Positions 60,387-64,000 of a DNA stretch of 64,000 nt are shown one piece after another (position 1 is the stretch's first letter; each line of letters starts with the position of its first letter). Source of the stretch: Bacillales bacterium (lineage in GTDB: Bacteria; Bacillota_I; Bacilli_A; RF39; UBA660); NCBI GenBank assembly GCA_016288795.1, contig JAEELI010000005.1, forward strand, positions 268-64,267. Direction: 5' to 3'. Below the pieces are notes generated by a model. That model was not told where the DNA came from and did not search any database. It worked only from the letters and a program-made list of their open reading frames with translations. Made by a program: the position numbers and the translations under genes.

Positions 60387-60426
60387 TTTTTTTAAACAAA
60401 AAAATCTAAGATATTATCTTAGATTT
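60387..60426 (-). terminator. terminator after mnmA, in the convergent gap with the flippase gene
   Basis: AAATCTAAGATA-t-TATCTTAGATTT 12-bp stem (60402-60426) overlapping the mnmA stop, followed on the minus strand by TTTTTTTGTTTAAAAAAA. Confidence 0.65.
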
Positions 60427-61523
60427 TATAAATACCATAATTTTTCTCCGTTTTTATATACTTCTTTAATAAATCCACAGCCTAAACACTCTTCTCCAAG
60501 ATACAAAACACAAGCTTGTCCTGGAGTTACAGATTTACATCTACCAGTGTATTTTACCCTTATTTCATCATTGTCTAGGTATTCTAATTCAACTGGAACA
60601 TCTTCACTTCTGTATCTAAACTTTGCAGTACAAAAAGTTGGATGAGTAGCACTTATAAAATTAGTTTTTTCTATTATACATTCATCACTATAAAGATATT
60701 CTTCATCGCCAATTGTCACATATAATATATTTTCTTTAACATTTTTACCACATACAAAATGTCTATTTTCATTTCCAGATATTCCAACATTTCTTCTTTG
60801 TCCTATAGTATAATTCATCAAACCCTTATGAGTTCCGATTACATCACCAGTCTTAATATCAACAATTGGCCCAGGATTTGGCTTTAGAAAGTTTTTGACA
60901 AATTTTTGGAAGTTTCTCTCTCCAATAAAACATATTCCGGTTGAGTCTTTTTTTGTCGCTACGGGGATATTTCCTTTTATCGCTATTTCTCTTACTTCTT
61001 CTTTTAATAAATCACCAACGGGGAATAAAACGTCTTTTAATTGATCAACAGTTATATCAGCTAAAAAGTAAGTTTGATCTTTATTTAAATCTTTTGCTCT
61101 TAAAAGTTTATTACCTTCTAATCTTGCGTAATGACCGGTGGCAACATAATCTGCCCCCAACTTTTTTGCTTCTTTTTTAAACAAATCAAACTTAATATAT
61201 TTATTACACAATAAATCTGGATTTGGAGTTCTTCCCTTTTCTAATTCATCCAAAAAGTACTTAAAGACATAATCCCAATATTCTTTAATAAAATCTACTC
61301 TTTTTAAGGGAATATCTAAAGATTCACATACTTTTAATGCATCGTTATAATCTATTTCTTGTGGACATATATTATCTTCAGTAACAAAATCTTCTCCATT
61401 AACTGTTGAATCCCAGTTACGCATAAAAAGTCCAATTACATTATAACCTTCTTTTTTTAGTAAATAAGCTGCGACAGCACTATCTACTCCTCCAGACATT
61501 CCAACAACAACTGTTTTATTCAT
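60426..61523 (-). CDS. mnmA: tRNA-specific 2-thiouridylase MnmA
   Basis: VVVGMSGGVDSAVAA PP-loop and both catalytic cysteines (TPNPDLLCN..., TGICF). 365 aa. Confidence 0.9.
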   Translation of the reverse strand: MNKTVVVGMSGGVDSAVAAYLLKKEGYNVIGLFMRNWDSTVNGEDFVTEDNICPQEIDYNDALKVCESLDIPLKRVDFIKEYWDYVFKYFLDELEKGRTPNPDLLCNKYIKFDLFKKEAKKLGADYVATGHYARLEGNKLLRAKDLNKDQTYFLADITVDQLKDVLFPVGDLLKEEVREIAIKGNIPVATKKDSTGICFIGERNFQKFVKNFLKPNPGPIVDIKTGDVIGTHKGLMNYTIGQRRNVGISGNENRHFVCGKNVKENILYVTIGDEEYLYSDECIIEKTNFISATHPTFCTAKFRYRSEDVPVELEYLDNDEIRVKYTGRCKSVTPGQACVLYLGEECLGCGFIKEVYKNGEKLWYL

Positions 61524-61589
61524 TCCACATCACAAACATATTGTAACATTTATTACATAAAAAAGGAAGATTTAGAAAATCTTCCTTAA

Positions 61590-64000
61590 TTAATATGACC
61601 ATTCATATCCATCTATATTTTGTTGACGACAATAATAGTCTCCGCCAGAATACGTGCTATAACCTGATGGACAGCTTGAAGATCTACTATTACAACATAG
61701 TCCAGTTCCACTACATGTTATTGCATAATCATAATTTAGTTGATTACATTGTGCTACAGTTGGTGTTGAACCAGATGTGTTGTATTGCGTACAACTTGAA
61801 TAGTAATAACTACTTACATAGCAATATCCTCCACCAGCAGAATACTTCTTATATTTATAATCGTAAGAAGTGTTTGTAGTTCTTGTATATGTTCTTGAAT
61901 ACGATTTTGTCCTTCCAGCAGCATCTGAACATGTTCCTGATACTTTTGTACTTCCACTACCTAATGATACAGTTTTTCCTCCGGTTGGACTATTTGCATC
62001 ATTACATGTTACTGTAACATTTCTAGTAGATGAAGATGATGTTATAGGATTTCCACTAGGGCTCCAAGACACAGTAGGATCCGTTTTATCTAATCTACTA
62101 ATATAAGTCTTGTTGCTACTACAAACCGTAGTATCTAATGAGTTACATGCTCTAACATAGAATGTTCTTCCTGAAGTAGCAGTAGATATTGAAGCAGATG
62201 AACCAGTTATATCTGTTGAATCATCACTATTATATCTTATGTAAGTTACACTTCCTGGACCGGAAAGTGTGCTACCACTAAACGTTAAAGTATAGTTTGC
62301 TGTATGCCAGTTTCCACTTGTAATGCTATCACTAGCAGTAATCGTTGGCTGTGTTGGCGCCTGAATAACATTTACATTTGTAACGTGATATTCTGATCCA
62401 TTACTTAATTTAGTTCTACAGAAGGTTGTTCCGAGGGCTTTTCCAGTTATTGTAATTACCCATGCTCCCGATGAACCGCTTAAAACGCATGTTGCAATTG
62501 ATGAATCGTCTGATGTTGTTGTTAGTGAAGAACTAGTAGTTAACTCTATTGTTGTTGAAGCAGATTTTTTAATACTTCTAACCGCTATTGTAATACTTGC
62601 GGATTTATGATTTCCAGCTGCATCTTTGGCATGAACGTATTTTCTTCCGCTTCCTGCTGTATATGCCCATGTTACTTCCTTTGGAGATGTTGCAGTTATT
62701 TCTGTATACGAATCAGGTGTTGAAGATGTAGTGTTTGTAACATATCCTTTTACTTTTGAAGTTGCATCTGTCATTGTTGCTTTAACACTAGTCGCACTTA
62801 ATGCTGTTAAAATTACTGTCGGTGCTACTTCATCTTTTTTCATAACATAGGATGCTGCATCACTGCATGCATTTGTTGTATCTTTAGAGTTACATGCTTT
62901 GAAGTAATATGTAACACCATCAGTATCAACCGTTCTAGTTAATTCATTGTCATTTGTCAATGTTGAAGTATTACTACTCCACCAATAGTACTTAACTGTT
63001 CCAGAACTACCAGAAGGTAGAGTTGAACCACTAGCTGTTAATGTAGTATCTGCTGTATGCCAGCTACCTGAAGCACCACCATCACTAGCAGTAATTGTAG
63101 GTTTTGATGGGGCTCTAGCTGTTACAGTCCAATTACGAACATAGTATAAACCACCATCTGCTCTTGCAATTTTAATTGTCGCTGTTCCTGCAGCAACTGG
63201 ATGAAGAACAAATGTCCATGTTCCATCTGATTCAGATGCAGTACACGTTGCAACTGAAGTGTTAGTTGATGAACAAGACATTGTCGTCGTTACTGCTGAT
63301 GTTAAAGTAGTATCTCCTTCACCAAGATATACTGTTGAATTTATAACTTGAACTCTAGACAATGTTGAAGAACTTGTATTACCTGCTGCATCTTTAGCAT
63401 GAAAATAATTCCATCCACTTTCTGCAGTTGTTGCAGTAATTTTTTTTGATGATGTTGCAGTAAATGCTGTTCCCCAACTAGTTGGAGTATCAGACGATGT
63501 AGAATGAACATAATTTGTTACTCCTGAATGAGCATCTGTTATTGTTCCACCAATTTTATTGTTTGATTCATTATAAGTTAAAACCACTGCAGGTCTTGTA
63601 TTATCAACATACATCTCTTTACTTGTTAGTCCTGCATTTGCTGCGAGAGATGTTCCTGCAACATCACTTATTGCAGATTTATTACATACATAAATGCTAC
63701 CAGCACCAGAGCCAGAATCCTTTGTAACTGTTCCAGTTGCGGTTTTATTTCCTGATTGTCTTGTTAATGTGACAGTATCTGTCATGGCACTACATGCTAC
63801 TGAACTTGTTGACCATTTATAATAAACTGTATAAGATGCTGAACCTAATCCTGAGGTTGCATCTGACAAGGTTATCGTTGCAGTCTTAGATTTAGCGTAT
63901 GTTGTTCCACTTGGAACAGATACACTTAGTGCTGGTGGGGTTTGATCCATCTTTACTAAATAACTAGATTCACCGCTACAATTTTCAGAATCCAGTGAAT
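61590..64000 (-). CDS. large Ser/Thr-rich modular surface protein with a Cys/Tyr-rich C-terminal domain (N-terminus beyond the window edge)
   Basis: The frame is open from 61590 to the window end at 64000, with no stop upstream of the first ATG at 63950. Two module types alternate: A (D.T.P.V..., with a recurring HAKDAAGN) and B (P..PTITASD..SG.WHTA..TLT.SGSTL). The C-terminal roughly 90 aa are very rich in Cys and Tyr. Confidence 0.7.
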   Translation of the reverse strand, partial: SLDSENCSGESSYLVKMDQTPPALSVSVPSGTTYAKSKTATITLSDATSGLGSASYTVYYKWSTSSVACSAMTDTVTLTRQSGNKTATGTVTKDSGSGAGSIYVCNKSAISDVAGTSLAANAGLTSKEMYVDNTRPAVVLTYNESNNKIGGTITDAHSGVTNYVHSTSSDTPTSWGTAFTATSSKKITATTAESGWNYFHAKDAAGNTSSSTLSRVQVINSTVYLGEGDTTLTSAVTTTMSCSSTNTSVATCTASESDGTWTFVLHPVAAGTATIKIARADGGLYYVRNWTVTARAPSKPTITASDGGASGSWHTADTTLTASGSTLPSGSSGTVKYYWWSSNTSTLTNDNELTRTVDTDGVTYYFKACNSKDTTNACSDAASYVMKKDEVAPTVILTALSATSVKATMTDATSKVKGYVTNTTSSTPDSYTEITATSPKEVTWAYTAGSGRKYVHAKDAAGNHKSASITIAVRSIKKSASTTIELTTSSSLTTTSDDSSIATCVLSGSSGAWVITITGKALGTTFCRTKLSNGSEYHVTNVNVIQAPTQPTITASDSITSGNWHTANYTLTFSGSTLSGPGSVTYIRYNSDDSTDITGSSASISTATSGRTFYVRACNSLDTTVCSSNKTYISRLDKTDPTVSWSPSGNPITSSSSTRNVTVTCNDANSPTGGKTVSLGSGSTKVSGTCSDAAGRTKSYSRTYTRTTNTSYDYKYKKYSAGGGYCYVSSYYYSSCTQYNTSGSTPTVAQCNQLNYDYAITCSGTGLCCNSRSSSCPSGYSTYSGGDYYCRQQNIDGYEWSY

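Noticed and set aside
1-64000. Searched for CRISPR arrays, IS elements/transposases, phage integrases with att repeats, rRNA operons and riboswitch-sized leaders.
   Set aside because: No regularly spaced direct repeats with unique spacers, no transposase-like ORFs, and no long untranslated leaders. Intergenic regions are mostly under 120 nt. The only recombinase (324-1220) looks like a chromosomal Xer-type enzyme flanked by core genes.

Overview
This 64 kb window is a very AT-rich (about 25-30% GC by eye), gene-dense chromosomal segment from a low-GC Firmicutes-type organism. Nearly all genes are on the minus strand. The organism uses the standard code (TGA is a stop, Trp is TGG) and has murG-murB-divIB peptidoglycan genes, so it is walled and not a Mycoplasma or Spiroplasma. 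The core backbone follows Bacillus-like synteny, but there are several lineage-specific insertions. Core genes are ppdK (N-terminal fragment only), an xerC/D-type recombinase, tsf, rpsB, queH, divIB-murB-murG, mtaB, the heat-shock operon hrcA-grpE-dnaK-[pepF]-dnaJ with two CIRCE operators, hemW, lepA, def, smc-rnc, topA, mutS, lon, tig, greA, the yrrM/N/O-like tRNA mo5U module (trmR plus two U32-family genes), mltG, DUF1292, ruvX, ireB, dtd, rel and mnmA. Several features hint at an endospore-forming lineage. These are a spoVID-like (SPOCS plus LysM) and ysxE/CotS-like kinase pair next to lon, a SpoVB/MurJ-type flippase, SipW-cognate-type signal peptides, and a SpoIIID-like HTH protein. The accessory content worth attention is as follows. 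(1) Two paralogous secreted proteins carry a TasA/camelysin-class (SipW-cognate) signal and cysteine-rich C-termini, and each sits behind a strong, near-identical promoter. (2) A large modular Ser/Thr-rich surface protein at the window edge has a similar Cys/Tyr-rich C-terminus. (3) A divergently transcribed two-gene island (a membrane-tethered C39-like cysteine peptidase plus an anchored secreted protein) interrupts the lepA-hemW-hrcA neighbourhood. (4) A tandem pair of fused NBD-FtsX (MacB-type) ABC transporters lies directly upstream of one of the TasA-like paralogs. (5) Several N-terminally anchored secreted hypothetical proteins have been inserted into conserved operon junctions. I found no rRNA, tRNA, CRISPR, transposase or prophage signatures. 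Coordinates of short regulatory motifs were hand-counted and may be off by 1-2 nt.
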